A stretch of DNA of 63,458 nt, the filler included, from Trichomonas gallinae (taxonomy: Eukaryota), in assembly GCA_008369845.1 (NCBI GenBank). It is 6 parts of 6 records of this genome, joined end to end, with 100 filler letters (N's around TTAATTAATTAA, not from the genome) between each part and the next. Parts side by side here need not be neighbours in the genome. Positions count along the whole stretch, not along the records: positions 17,560 to 25,485 come from MRSU01000330.1; positions 25,586 to 46,185 come from MRSU01000331.1; 4 more parts are not named here. One strand, given 5' to 3'. Positions 22,501-32,026 of the stretch are shown here, one piece after another. The notes under the pieces are model-generated. The model was not told the origin of the DNA, made no database searches, and was given only the letters and a program-made list of their open reading frames with translations. Position numbers and translations under genes: made by a program. Position 1 is the stretch's first letter. Every line of letters begins with the position of its first letter.

Positions 22501-22769
22501 TCACAAACAACTACCAGGTGATAATCAACAAAATAAGGGAGATATTGAGTGTCGATGAAGTCTACACGGAAATCGTTATAGAGGCACTCAACCTCCTCAA
22601 CACGCTTGCACGCAGCGTCGTCATAAACGACTACCTGGTGAAAATACAACTGCTCAGGTACATATCGGACGTGATATCGATGAGCCACGACAAAACTCTT
22701 ACCGACATTTTCAACGAGTTCCAAAACAACTTCATGGCACCGAAAAAATTGATGGCTTCGAGAAATTAG
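19542..22769 (+). CDS. TKL-family protein kinase with C-terminal ARM/HEAT-like region
   Basis: IGAGGFGKVY, VAVK, HRDLKTLN, DFG, GTPHYTAPE, DTYSYGVVLWE and CW..P..RP, followed by a long helical-repeat C-terminus. Confidence 0.93.
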   Translation: MKNIISNYQSLMTEHTNQYISSVIAAVKKVANMSSSACIFCSSIMLLSNQIENFLTDYQKIFEKNINSIQAQYNRQLQEFLLHYCTVLGHLTSEKWIQPALNWPTDYVFKYIDGMRKSLTALSKHLNVSSQSLEANSEQIEVNKFNDLKDMKASLERLMSQITFNDVSGLQNQINNKLREIDQLIMNSKVEHSLASIQQQNKTQEMKPKDISDLLVRFKSINIPINDLQIEDQIGAGGFGKVYRATRLSTSEIVAVKELRPDKISTNAWSSLYAEVETMASVHHKNVVELVGAHINQPYRIITRFCSGLSLFDRIHRPSKDMKPLTSTELTIIAQQVAKGMAYLHKFGIVHRDLKTLNILLYGDNTACVADFGLSSMVKENQELYGGVGTPHYTAPEVLMHMKYGPKVDTYSYGVVLWEMLTRKLPFGDMNHMAIYEHVVTRGWRLTIPPETPEGLKKLITRCWSRDPNERPDFTEIERLFERQEIYFPGAELSRVKNAQLEQVAPPMNIEYALKVLKNANDEHFSGVAYFIAENADQFVISKLREQEVFNSIMTAKKNIDAALLLAGTLFTPTELYTFMTHGAKAMLTKCIQSQQLIAAVRFCLKLPLNMLDEIKDVFIPQFVSFIKSSNMHLKCYILQLISRVANLQPYLSDISTTILDMCKSVNDQPTFDAIEKLLAHCKPVMTISQYRPFYEMLTLGFVVSPDFVKILIDAKDEAYYHHLILNCLKALSKSDITDVFVSFVIKLKMEVFERLKEFDDLLPTIDSLISFYRLTSAPLIMLFQIAQIHDFALLLADSPVLFSLLQMKGNEKQILHILTFLCADEKFCSQTKYMDNILQIIVDLISRKEIVNEAVRVIAALSQHHTGCHVLTENGILDIFSQLFLAPQFADTSRALAIFRNLAENRAVVPQLSLIVSCLMQDLTDSPIDQKAEIMQTIIALTNMRPESVQEHDIQNVILEQTTRTSPPLMVLLSLRLLNTCSSSLLTNNYQVIINKIREILSVDEVYTEIVIEALNLLNTLARSVVINDYLVKIQLLRYISDVISMSHDKTLTDIFNEFQNNFMAPKKLMASRN

Positions 22770-22907
22770 ATTTGAATAAAATTATTTTGTTTGTTTGTTC
22801 TTTAAATTGAAGACAATATATATTTATAAGTTAGCCTATTCTCTTGAACAACTAAAAAAAAAACATATTTTTGCTACAACGAATTAAAGACATACTAAAG
22901 ATTATTT

Positions 22908-25229
22908 TTATTTAAGCTTAGAAACAATTTTCGCAATTTCTTCTTCCCAGTCTTTCTCGGCATTGACTTTCGCCAGGAATGAAAATGCTTTCTCGGCAGC
23001 AAGTTCCCAAAGGTGCCTATCATTAATGCCTTTGTTCCTCAAGCATGCAATAACGAAAAGCGTTAAGAAGACATTCTTTTCAAGTCCTGTGTCATTCTGA
23101 GGAACCTCATAGCCGCAGCAGATCTTTAGTTTTGCATCATCGCTCCATGAGCCATCAGCGTTTTGAAGCTGCAACAACTTAAGCAAAAAGAAAGGCTTCT
23201 TCGATGCGATAACTTTTTGTGCTTCTTCTCTGCTTCTCTTATTCGCCTCGTCGAGAATTGTTTGGTAATCGATCTGAAGCATCTTTGCATCATCGACCTT
23301 GATTTCATCCTGTTTCGGTTTTACAGGAGGAGGAAGAACGCAAATTGGATGAAATGGTCTTATGACTGCACATCTATTAGCAATGTGTTCATTATCATTT
23401 GCAACACCACCATCAGTCATCCTACTGTATTCAACAGTTGTCGAGTGAACCTCAGTATGCTCTGGATACTCGCCACGTGGTTGTCTAATAGGCAGTGGAT
23501 AAGGTTGTATAATAGGCATTGGATAAGGTAGTGGAACAGGCGGTGGACGTGGGAATGGTCCTGGACGAGGAATAGGATGTGGATAAGGAATCGGCTGTGG
23601 TATAGGATTTGGAATTGGTTGTGGTGATTCATCGCGTTTAATGCTTCTCTCTTCCCACTGGAGTCCGACGGCAGACATCTTCGTCTCAACAAGTGTGATA
23701 TCGCCGTCGATTTCATCATCACGCTCTATCACAGCTATAGCAGGTTTGTCTGGAGTGAGAATTGCATTGATTACGTCAGGATCTGTGCTGTTATTGAGGA
23801 ACTCTTGCAAGGCCCAGATAGTCTTGACAGCGCGAAGATCCGTATGAGAAATTTTCGCATTGACGAATAAATCATCGCCGTAGAAGAACTTGACCCTCTT
23901 AACATCACCTTCTATACGATAGGACATCGAAAAAGTAACGCTAGGAATAACAGGCAAAACTGGAACTTTGCTTTCATTAACGAGCATGTAGCAGCCTTGG
24001 ATTCTGCCTGCACCAGTCATTTTGATGATTGAAAGTAATGCGCCAATCAATGACTGCTCATCTGGAACTGGAATGTATAATGCACCATTCCTCGTTGAGC
24101 ACTCTTCCATGTTGCCTTGCGAGAATGGATCGAGCATGATGACGATGTGGCCTTCTGGGATGTTTAAGTTCTCTGGGTATGGTGCTCCAATGAGAACCAA
24201 TATGGACTCTTCCTTCGAAACGTCGACTGATTTGAGGGATTTCGCTAATGCGTCTTTTAGATTTAATTCTTTCTTTTCGTTTGGTATCGGATTCCTACAG
24301 AAATTCAATGCTTTTGTTCTAATTTCATTGTTGCTGATAAGAGATGGTTCATCAAACAAAGAATTGTCGTATAATCCATAGTTTTGGATATTAACTTTGC
24401 AATCCGTTGGAAGTGAGATCATAAAGAACTCTAATGCGCGCAGCATGATTGAAAATTCGCTTGAAGTAACAGTGGTGTTGTGCTCAAGCAAAAATGTGAA
24501 GGATGATGAATGAAGTCGATCAGCTCTTGGTGCTGAAGCACTTAATCTTAGGTAAGAGTAATTTTTGTCTTTATGAACAACGCATCTAGCTGTAAATGGC
24601 TCTTCATATTTAACAACAATATGAACTGGATGATATAATTTTAGATCGCTTGAAGAAACTATGCCATTTTGCAAGTCAATGTTTGTTTCTGTGAATGGCG
24701 TTGTAATTGCTTTGATCTTTTGAGTATCTTTAATATGGAGATTAAGTTCTATTGGTGGTGGATTCAATCCAAGACAAAGGATGTTCTTGCTATCAGCAAT
24801 AGTTGTTGGTAGTATCAGCAAAAATCCATCTGGAAGCGCTGTTAATCCAATATCATAATAAAGCGACAAAACACACTTTTCTTTTGGCGCTAGAGGACCT
24901 AAATCAATGCGCAATTCATGGCTGGCCGTCATAACAACAATTGCAGCAAATTCTGAGCTTGCTATAGCATCATCGTATTCAAGTTTCGCATCATCAGAGT
25001 TTGAAATCTTCGAAGTGACTTTTTTGTCCGCGTATTCTATATCAAAATGTGTGGCTGCAACGCCAAGAGGTAACGGGAAAGAGAAGCTAATCTCAATTGG
25101 ATCATCTCTTTTGTTTTCGAAGAAAACCTTGAAGCAAGTGCAGCAGGCGCCATCAAACACGTCACCACCAATCTGAATCTTCTGGATTGGCTGCGATTTC
25201 CCTGATATTAATGATGGAGATTTACTCAT
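22908..25229 (-). CDS. VIT (vault protein inter-alpha-trypsin) plus degenerate vWA domain protein (VWA5A-like)
   Basis: FENKRDDPIEISFSFPLP...AKLEYDDAIAS...IDLGPLAP (VIT), Pro-rich linker and C-terminal LLQLQNADGSW...WELAAEKA. ATG at 25229 follows TCATTT. Confidence 0.8.
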   Translation of the reverse strand: MSKSPSLISGKSQPIQKIQIGGDVFDGACCTCFKVFFENKRDDPIEISFSFPLPLGVAATHFDIEYADKKVTSKISNSDDAKLEYDDAIASSEFAAIVVMTASHELRIDLGPLAPKEKCVLSLYYDIGLTALPDGFLLILPTTIADSKNILCLGLNPPPIELNLHIKDTQKIKAITTPFTETNIDLQNGIVSSSDLKLYHPVHIVVKYEEPFTARCVVHKDKNYSYLRLSASAPRADRLHSSSFTFLLEHNTTVTSSEFSIMLRALEFFMISLPTDCKVNIQNYGLYDNSLFDEPSLISNNEIRTKALNFCRNPIPNEKKELNLKDALAKSLKSVDVSKEESILVLIGAPYPENLNIPEGHIVIMLDPFSQGNMEECSTRNGALYIPVPDEQSLIGALLSIIKMTGAGRIQGCYMLVNESKVPVLPVIPSVTFSMSYRIEGDVKRVKFFYGDDLFVNAKISHTDLRAVKTIWALQEFLNNSTDPDVINAILTPDKPAIAVIERDDEIDGDITLVETKMSAVGLQWEERSIKRDESPQPIPNPIPQPIPYPHPIPRPGPFPRPPPVPLPYPMPIIQPYPLPIRQPRGEYPEHTEVHSTTVEYSRMTDGGVANDNEHIANRCAVIRPFHPICVLPPPVKPKQDEIKVDDAKMLQIDYQTILDEANKRSREEAQKVIASKKPFFLLKLLQLQNADGSWSDDAKLKICCGYEVPQNDTGLEKNVFLTLFVIACLRNKGINDRHLWELAAEKAFSFLAKVNAEKDWEEEIAKIVSKLK

Positions 25230-25485
25230 TTTTTTTGGAAAAATGAAATGACAAAAAAAAATATAAAATTTTGACACTTTTTGGAATTTTTTGATCAAAA
25301 TTTTCAAAAAATATCTGTCAAAAAATTGTCAATTTGTCAAATAAAATATTAAAAATTTGCCAACATATAAAACCATGAAAAAGAAATAGAAATGATTTAG
25401 ATGATATATTGTTTTAGCTGTCAAATAGGGAAATTTTACAATGTCAGATTGTCATATTTTTCTTTCAAATTTTGAAAGAATTACA

Positions 25486-25585
25486 NNNNNNNNNNNNNNN
25501 NNNNNNNNNNNNNNNNNNNNNNNNNNNNNTTAATTAATTAANNNNNNNNNNNNNNNNNNNNNNNNNNNNNNNNNNNNNNNNNNNN
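25486..25585. other. Artificial contig linker
   Basis: N44-TTAATTAATTAA-N44, followed by a long poly-T tract at the contig start. Confidence 0.98.
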
Positions 25586-25624
<39 letters not shown>

Positions 25625-25736
25625 GTGTATATGATTGTATTCGAAAAGATGTATTAAAAATTTAGAGTCGTCATATCAATGTATGTTGAAAAAAAAAGAG
25701 TCGCAAAATTGAATAATAAAGAATTTTATTTAAAAT

Positions 25737-26318
25737 ATGGAGGAAACAAAGTGTTTAACAATGGCATTAATCGGTGAGCATGGGTCTGGAAAGACTCAGC
25801 TATTTAATAGATATATTAATGGCAAGTTTAGTGAAACATATGAGGATTCAATAGCTATCAATTCAGGACAAGTTCAATCAGAGTTCCAAGACAAGTTTTT
25901 CAGCAATAAAATACTTGATGTAGCGAATATAAATCTTCTTACTTCAACACCTAGTTTGCGAGAGAAAATAAATGCTTTTATTATAGTCATCGATTATACT
26001 TCTATGACTTCCATAAGTGAAATAGAAAAGTATGTTACGTTTTGTTGATCCAAAGTAAGAGCAATATATGGAAATAAAACTGATATTTGTCCAGATTACA
26101 AATCAATTGAAAGCAAACTTATGGATCAGTTTGGGAATAATGGATTCTTTTCCGGAAATGTCAAGGAAAATGTCAATGTAGATGATGTATTCGATTGGGT
26201 AATTACTCAATTGGATGATCAGCACCCATTGAGTAGTAAACCTACTGAGAGGGGCATACCCAAAGCTGATAACCAAGAAAAGCCTATCAATCAGTCAAAA
26301 TGCTGCTTGCTTATATAA
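25737..26318 (+). pseudogene. Divergent Ras/Rab-superfamily GTPase interrupted by one in-frame TGA
   Basis: GEHGSGKT P-loop and TGA at 26046-26048. The same frame continues SKVRAIYGNKTD (G4) through to the prenylation motif KCCLLI and stop at 26318. Confidence 0.8.
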
Positions 26319-26562
26319 TTATAGATTTAATTTTTTTATTCAATGTTCTCTAAGATAAACTTATTTGAATTAAATTTTTGGCTATTATAGCAACTAAAAG
26401 AATGAATTCTGCAATCCCAAAAATATCAAAATTGAATAATCAAACAAAACAAAGCAATAGAGATGAATGCTGATTTCCCATATATTGATACAAAAATAAA
26501 TCAAAGAAAAACTAAAGGTAATTTGCGTATATCATCAATTTCAAAAAAAGTTTTATAAATTA

Positions 26563-27021
26563 TTATAAAGATCCTTCCGAGTCTTCTAGATCTGATCCAC
26601 TCGATTCTAAAGATGCGTCAGAGTCTGACTTATCTGAGTTAATCTTATCATCATTGTCTATGTTACGTTGAGCGCTAGCGCCTTTAGAATTAGATTGAAG
26701 CCTGCTTTCCTCGTATACTGTTTCTTCATCCTCATAAGCGTCAACTCTCTGTTCCTCGATGGTTGGGTTATAGCTCTTGTTTGCTTCGCGTACTTGATCT
26801 ACCCAATCATCGTAGATGTCTATAGGTTCTGTAATCGGTGTCATTTTGATATTTTTAACTCCTTCTTTACACTTTACGCATTTAACTTTAGCGAGCATAG
26901 CTTTTTTGTCGAATTTCACATTAACACTATCTGGGCAGTTGCAAAATGGGCACTGGAAGGTCTTTGGGAGACGATAAAACCTCTTTTGAACTTTAGGTGT
27001 GCTTTTCTTCCTTTTACCCAT
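26563..27021 (-). CDS. ELF1: Transcription elongation factor Elf1/ELOF1
   Basis: MGKRKKS...LPKTFQCPFCN...CVKC...TEPIDIYDDWVD zinc ribbon with an acidic tail. Confidence 0.93.
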   Translation of the reverse strand: MGKRKKSTPKVQKRFYRLPKTFQCPFCNCPDSVNVKFDKKAMLAKVKCVKCKEGVKNIKMTPITEPIDIYDDWVDQVREANKSYNPTIEEQRVDAYEDEETVYEESRLQSNSKGASAQRNIDNDDKINSDKSDSDASLESSGSDLEDSEGSL

Positions 27022-27600
27022 CTGGTCAATATTATAACCGTTTTTGCTTTTACCTCATTTTTTCCTCAAATATAGCGTTTTGTAGATCATTTGCATTAAT
27101 TTTATTAGTTGTATATTATTATGAATTAAAACATCCAATTAAAAACATATGATATCGATCAATTACAAAATTATCAATTTTTGAAATTTGGTTTTTATGC
27201 CTTGTAATTTAAAATATAAATATTTCTAATAAAATAATAAAATTTGTACCCATTATTTTTGCAATTTTGCGCAGAAAAAAAATTCGAATTTTGAATTGAA
27301 AAGCTAAATCAAATGGAGAATAAAAAAAATAGATGCTTTATTGTATTATTTGCAATATGTATTATGTATATGACCTGATTTCGATGAGAATGGTAAAAAT
27401 ATTTTATTTTTTGTTGGTCATGTTGAAAAATTTTGGTTAGAAGTAGCGGAAATGTTTTCTCTTTGAGGATACATTTGAAAAATATTGGAAACTTGTGTTA
27501 ATTATTTTTCGAACATTTATCAAAAAATATTTAGTAAAATTCTAATGATAAGAGAATATAATAAAAATCAACTTTTCTATGATCTGAAAACATATTTAAA

Positions 27601-28710
27601 TTACTCTGGCTTCTTGTATGTCATTTCGTTTGCAGAGAATGTGGACTTGCACTTGTCTAAGACCTTTCTGAATATGTCTGCTGAGATGTATGAAATGCTC
27701 ATTGGTGTCGTGGAGATGACAGATGCAGCGCGCTTTCTTGAATAAATAAGAGCGAGCTCACCGAAATAGTTGCCGTTCTTAAGGTGGTTAACGACAGTTC
27801 CATTAACAACAACGTCTGCCTCACCATCCAAAATAACGTAGAATTTATCACCTTCTTCGCCTTGCTTGATGATTGTTGTCTTTTCTGGAATATCTTGTGA
27901 AACCAAGCTTTCTGCGATAAGGAGAGCCTGGTAGTCAGGAATTTCAGCCAAAAGTGGAACTTTTGTAATAATTTCCTTGCATCTTTGACGTCTCTGATAG
28001 TGGACATCCTTAAGGAGGTATAGGTATGTTGTTTGATCGATAGCCCAGCACTTGACGAAGCCGTGAGCGATAACAGTTGCGGCTCTTGGTGCGCCTGTCA
28101 TGAGAGCAAGTTCACCGAAGTATGTGCCATCGCCAATCTGGGCAACTTTCTTTTCTGGCTGGTCGCCGACTTTCTTGAAGATGTCGACTAAGCCACTCTG
28201 AATAACATAGAAGTTGTCACCGCGATCGCCCTGCTTAATGATAACTTTTCCATCCTCGAACTCCATTGGGAACATCGCATCGATGAGCGCCTTGGTCTGC
28301 TCCTTCTGGAGGAAAGATAAGAAGGAAACTTTCTTAACGATACCTTCGAGGATGGCGAACTGCTCTGGGGACTTGGGGAATGACTTAATTTCGATGTTTG
28401 TGTCTGAGATTGATTTTGATGAGAAACCGCGGCGGCGGAAATCGCGAGATTTAACAAGGGCATCTTGAGATATGCAAGAGAAACGTCTTGCTGGCGTAAC
28501 TTTTTCCTGAAATCCAACACGTGAGGCATTCGGTTGTGCTGGTGTTGGTCTTGCAGGAGCAACTGTGTAATTCTGAAGGAATTGAATCATGTGCTCGCGA
28601 ACGTTTGCTGGTCTTTTCTGAAGAAGATCTGAAACCATCTCCTCGAGGATTTCAGTAACGCGATTTTGCTGAAGGAAGTCTTCAGCAGACTGTTGGTTAA
28701 ACTTCTGCAT
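27601..28710 (-). CDS. PKAR: cAMP-dependent protein kinase regulatory subunit
   Basis: N-terminal D/D-like helix pair, RRRGFS inhibitor site and two cNMP domains with FGELAL...RAAT and FGELAL...RAAS. ATG at 28710. Confidence 0.92.
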   Translation of the reverse strand: MQKFNQQSAEDFLQQNRVTEILEEMVSDLLQKRPANVREHMIQFLQNYTVAPARPTPAQPNASRVGFQEKVTPARRFSCISQDALVKSRDFRRRGFSSKSISDTNIEIKSFPKSPEQFAILEGIVKKVSFLSFLQKEQTKALIDAMFPMEFEDGKVIIKQGDRGDNFYVIQSGLVDIFKKVGDQPEKKVAQIGDGTYFGELALMTGAPRAATVIAHGFVKCWAIDQTTYLYLLKDVHYQRRQRCKEIITKVPLLAEIPDYQALLIAESLVSQDIPEKTTIIKQGEEGDKFYVILDGEADVVVNGTVVNHLKNGNYFGELALIYSRKRAASVISTTPMSISYISADIFRKVLDKCKSTFSANEMTYKKPE

Positions 28711-29267
28711 TATGACGATAAAACGTGACACTTATTTCTTTGAAAAGTTGTAAAAAATTATTTTGATTATTTTATGCTCTATATTATCATTAATGGCGTT
28801 TGGCAAAATGTGAAGTGAATTTTTTCGTAAAAAATTATTTTCGTTTTTCACTGAATATCTATGCATATAATACTATATTCTTGGAGATTATCACAAAATT
28901 AGGACATTTTATCCAATAAAAATGATTCCGAACTGGTTTTGATTCATATGGATATGCTCAGAATACTACTCAAATTGTTACGATTACTGTTATCAGTAAA
29001 GGGAAGTTCAATTCAATAGATTTTGAGAAAATATTGTGTCGATTTGAATGCGACCTGTTGTATGACATATAATCATTGCATTCTTTAATCTTCAATTCTA
29101 GAATTTCCTTACACTTCAAAAAGCAAACCTTTAATAAAGAATTATTTTAGTCATTCGCAAATCATGAGCTCTATACGGTAATAATAGCTCAGTGGTTCTA
29201 ATAAGCATAACCTAGCGACTTGGCCTAAGGAATTCATGATGATCAACTTTCCTGGAAACTATTTGAC

Positions 29268-29446
29268 AGTCGTCAAAAAGAATCAATTATCTGTCAATCG
29301 TCAAAAATATTCTCAAAATTGATTGGAAAATATGTCAAAAAGGTGGATTATTTGTCAAGTGTCAAAGATTGTGTCAAAATGGGAAATTTGTCATTTGTCG
29401 AAAAAGTTAATTATTTGCCAATTGTCAAAAGTAATGTCAAAAAAAA
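29268..29446 (+). promoter_or_regulatory. Cluster of about 8 GTCA[A] motifs upstream of the 29465 gene
   Basis: Repeated GTCAAAA/GTCAA/GTCAT within about 180 nt immediately 5' of the ATG. Confidence 0.45.
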
Positions 29447-29464
29447 GTGAGCATTTTCTTTTAC

Positions 29465-30064
29465 ATGTCTTCGATTAGCGAATTTGTTCATGCTGGAATC
29501 AAACTTTCTAATGAGCTAAATAATATGCTCAGCAACCTACCTGATAACTTAATGTTCCCAAAGCCCGAACCACTTCGTGATTATTCCCAAATTGCTAGAA
29601 GATCGAATAACTACGATGTAAATATTAGCGAAGACTTCTTCGTTCCAATTTCGCATGTGAATCCAAACGAAAGGTTCGAAAACAACATTATTGTATTGCA
29701 AACAGAAAAACCAACTGATATTGATGATTACAATGCCATTGGATATGGATCAGATGATGACCCTGATGATAAAAAGCCTGAACCACCGAAATTTACTCCA
29801 AACAAAGACTTCATGAAATTTTCTGCGAATTTTGATAAAGAATTATGGGAATTTTATAAGCAGGATTACTTGCGCTCTACAAAGACTGAACAGACTAAGC
29901 GTCCAGTTAGAAACTTAACTGTTGCAACTGATCAAGATAAACAAAGAGATGAAGAAATCCTTGCCAAAATTGAAGAATCAGCTTCTAATGATATATATTC
30001 AAACCCACTTTATCCAATTATAGAGGAAGCATTCTTCAGAAAGAAAGAAGTTATTCAAAATTAA
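29465..30064 (+). CDS. Hypothetical protein
   Basis: 199-aa ORF from ATG 29465 with coding composition; no recognised domain. Confidence 0.7.
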   Translation: MSSISEFVHAGIKLSNELNNMLSNLPDNLMFPKPEPLRDYSQIARRSNNYDVNISEDFFVPISHVNPNERFENNIIVLQTEKPTDIDDYNAIGYGSDDDPDDKKPEPPKFTPNKDFMKFSANFDKELWEFYKQDYLRSTKTEQTKRPVRNLTVATDQDKQRDEEILAKIEESASNDIYSNPLYPIIEEAFFRKKEVIQN

Positions 30065-30249
30065 GTTACAAAGCTAGAAAATGTAGCTCTTTGTGGTATT
30101 ACCAGAATGTTCAATTATTTCATAATTTTGCAATAGATATATTTTTCAAATTTTGTAATTATTGAGCAAATGAATAGATTTTATATGTTGTGTTGTTGTA
30201 TATTGAATAAACATAATATCAAGTCTTTATTTATCAAACAAACAAAAAT

Positions 30250-31194
30250 TTAATCTTTTTGAGCGGTGCAGATTGAATTTCTATCAGTTTGGTGGCAACA
30301 AGCATAGCCCCACTGACCACCACAAAAGAAAGATCCCCAAACAGACGTGTGTCCATTGACATAAACATCTTCCATATTTCCGTATCTCTCACTCTTTGGT
30401 ATAACTTCGTCTGGATCTTCATTAGCTTGTATTAAATTGTTTAGCAGCTTTTTTCGTTCAACAAACTCACGCTGGGATTGTTTCATTGCTTCTTCTGTTA
30501 AATCTTTCTTATCGACCTTTTTAGTTTTTGCACCTGCTTCCCATGAGAATTTAACATCGAGTTCTGGTTTCTTTTCTTGAACTTCTTCCGGTTTAACAAA
30601 TTTGGAATCATCATTTGCGATTTCTGCGCTATTTCCATCAATATTTTTAATATAATCCGCAGTGTCTTGTCTATTTCTGCTGGATCTTGAGCCAAATGTT
30701 TCTCTAATTTCAACTTCTTCATTTAATTGAGATGCTTGAGCGCGAATTTTAGCATTGTAGATAGCAGCCTGTTTTGAGTCGACTAACCATCGACTTCCGC
30801 TGTAATTTGCGTAAATATCTCTTTTCGCTTCATAACTTAGCTCTTTTTGAACAACTTTCTTGCCAGAATGCGTTCCTTCGCCTCTTATAATCGCATTGAC
30901 TTTCCTTGGGCGCTCTGTGCAGTCTGCTTCAGTATGTTGATCTGAACCACAATTTTTGCAGCATCCTGGCCTCCATTTGGACACTTTTTTCGATGTATAT
31001 CCATGTTTAATGCCTTCATTTCTATTTGTTTCGATTTGTTTAGCAAATGAAGACATTCTCAGATGATCCAAACCATCAGCGCCGCCTTCAGCGTACCAAG
31101 GAACTCTTGTAATGTCCTCTGTAATTGTCTTTTTAGGTTCTCCACCCTCTGGTTGTTTATAATATTCGGATGTTCGAGCAGGATTTCCACTCAT
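30250..31194 (-). CDS. SLU7: Pre-mRNA splicing factor Slu7
   Basis: PWY...LDHLR, zinc knuckle GCCKNCGSDQHTEADCTERPRK, LSYEAKRD and EDVYVNGHTSVWGSFF...WGYACCH. Confidence 0.93.
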   Translation of the reverse strand: MSGNPARTSEYYKQPEGGEPKKTITEDITRVPWYAEGGADGLDHLRMSSFAKQIETNRNEGIKHGYTSKKVSKWRPGCCKNCGSDQHTEADCTERPRKVNAIIRGEGTHSGKKVVQKELSYEAKRDIYANYSGSRWLVDSKQAAIYNAKIRAQASQLNEEVEIRETFGSRSSRNRQDTADYIKNIDGNSAEIANDDSKFVKPEEVQEKKPELDVKFSWEAGAKTKKVDKKDLTEEAMKQSQREFVERKKLLNNLIQANEDPDEVIPKSERYGNMEDVYVNGHTSVWGSFFCGGQWGYACCHQTDRNSICTAQKD

Positions 31195-31832
31195 TATTTA
31201 TTATTTTTGACTCATTGTTATATCACTAACATCAACTATCATCATAGTATAATAAAATATCAATAAAATATCCATCTTCATTGAAAAATTAATGCAAATT
31301 CATTATATCATTGATTAATCATATACATAGCTTTTCGTTGAACAAATTTACTCATTCCTTACTTATGGAAATAGTCCGACTCCCTAATCTTGAGCAATTT
31401 GGACAAATTATATATCATAGATTATACTCTATATAAGAATGCATATGCAAGAATATCTAAGCTAATTGAAACCAGGATCTCGAATTATGAGTTTAGATTT
31501 GAACTTTTGTCATCAAATAGACTCTCAGATAACCAAGTGGATGCATCAGCAATGTTACATAGCATTTTTAACACCAGAAAGCTTGTAAATAGTCATGAAA
31601 ATCCAAGAATTTGATAAAGATGATTATGACATGAATTTTGCTGTGAAAAATGAATTCTACTATGTTAAAAGTGAAATTATGAAAATATTTTAGAGCGTTC
31701 AATCAGAGAATGAAATTCTTGGTTTGCTCATCTTATTGTAGACCTTGGTGGAAACAACAATTTTAAATTTGAATCAATGATTTTGAGTGAATTAGATTCA
31801 TCATTAAAATTCCACGTTTTGCTTTTAATAAA

Positions 31833-31969
31833 GTTTTGGCTTGTGCTTCAGAAAAATGTCTTCATGATGCTGCCAAACTCCTTCTCACAGCTCCAGAAAT
31901 ATATGTCAACACACACACACACAAAAAAAAAAAAAATAACGTAATACAGCTTTGAATCTTGCTTCATGG
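31833..31969 (+). pseudogene. Ankyrin-repeat gene remnant
   Basis: Translates to VLACASEKCLHDAAKLLLTAPEIYVN and NTALNLASW, split by a (CA)n plus poly-A tract; no intact ORF. Confidence 0.55.
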
Positions 31970-32026
31970 ATAATATATAAACAGAATGAAAACAAATATA
32001 TAAACTCTATTTTAACAAATATGAAA

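Noticed and set aside
26043..26051. Selenocysteine recoding or genetic-code reassignment of TGA (Cys-TGA-Ser)
   Set aside because: No SECIS-like hairpin is visible in the AT-rich 3' region, the position is not a redox site, and several intact genes here terminate at TGA.
26030..26055. Possible 26-nt intron GTATGT...CAAAG removing the TGA in the GTPase gene
   Set aside because: Splicing it shifts the frame to an early TAA and loses GNKTD; there is no CTAAC branch motif.
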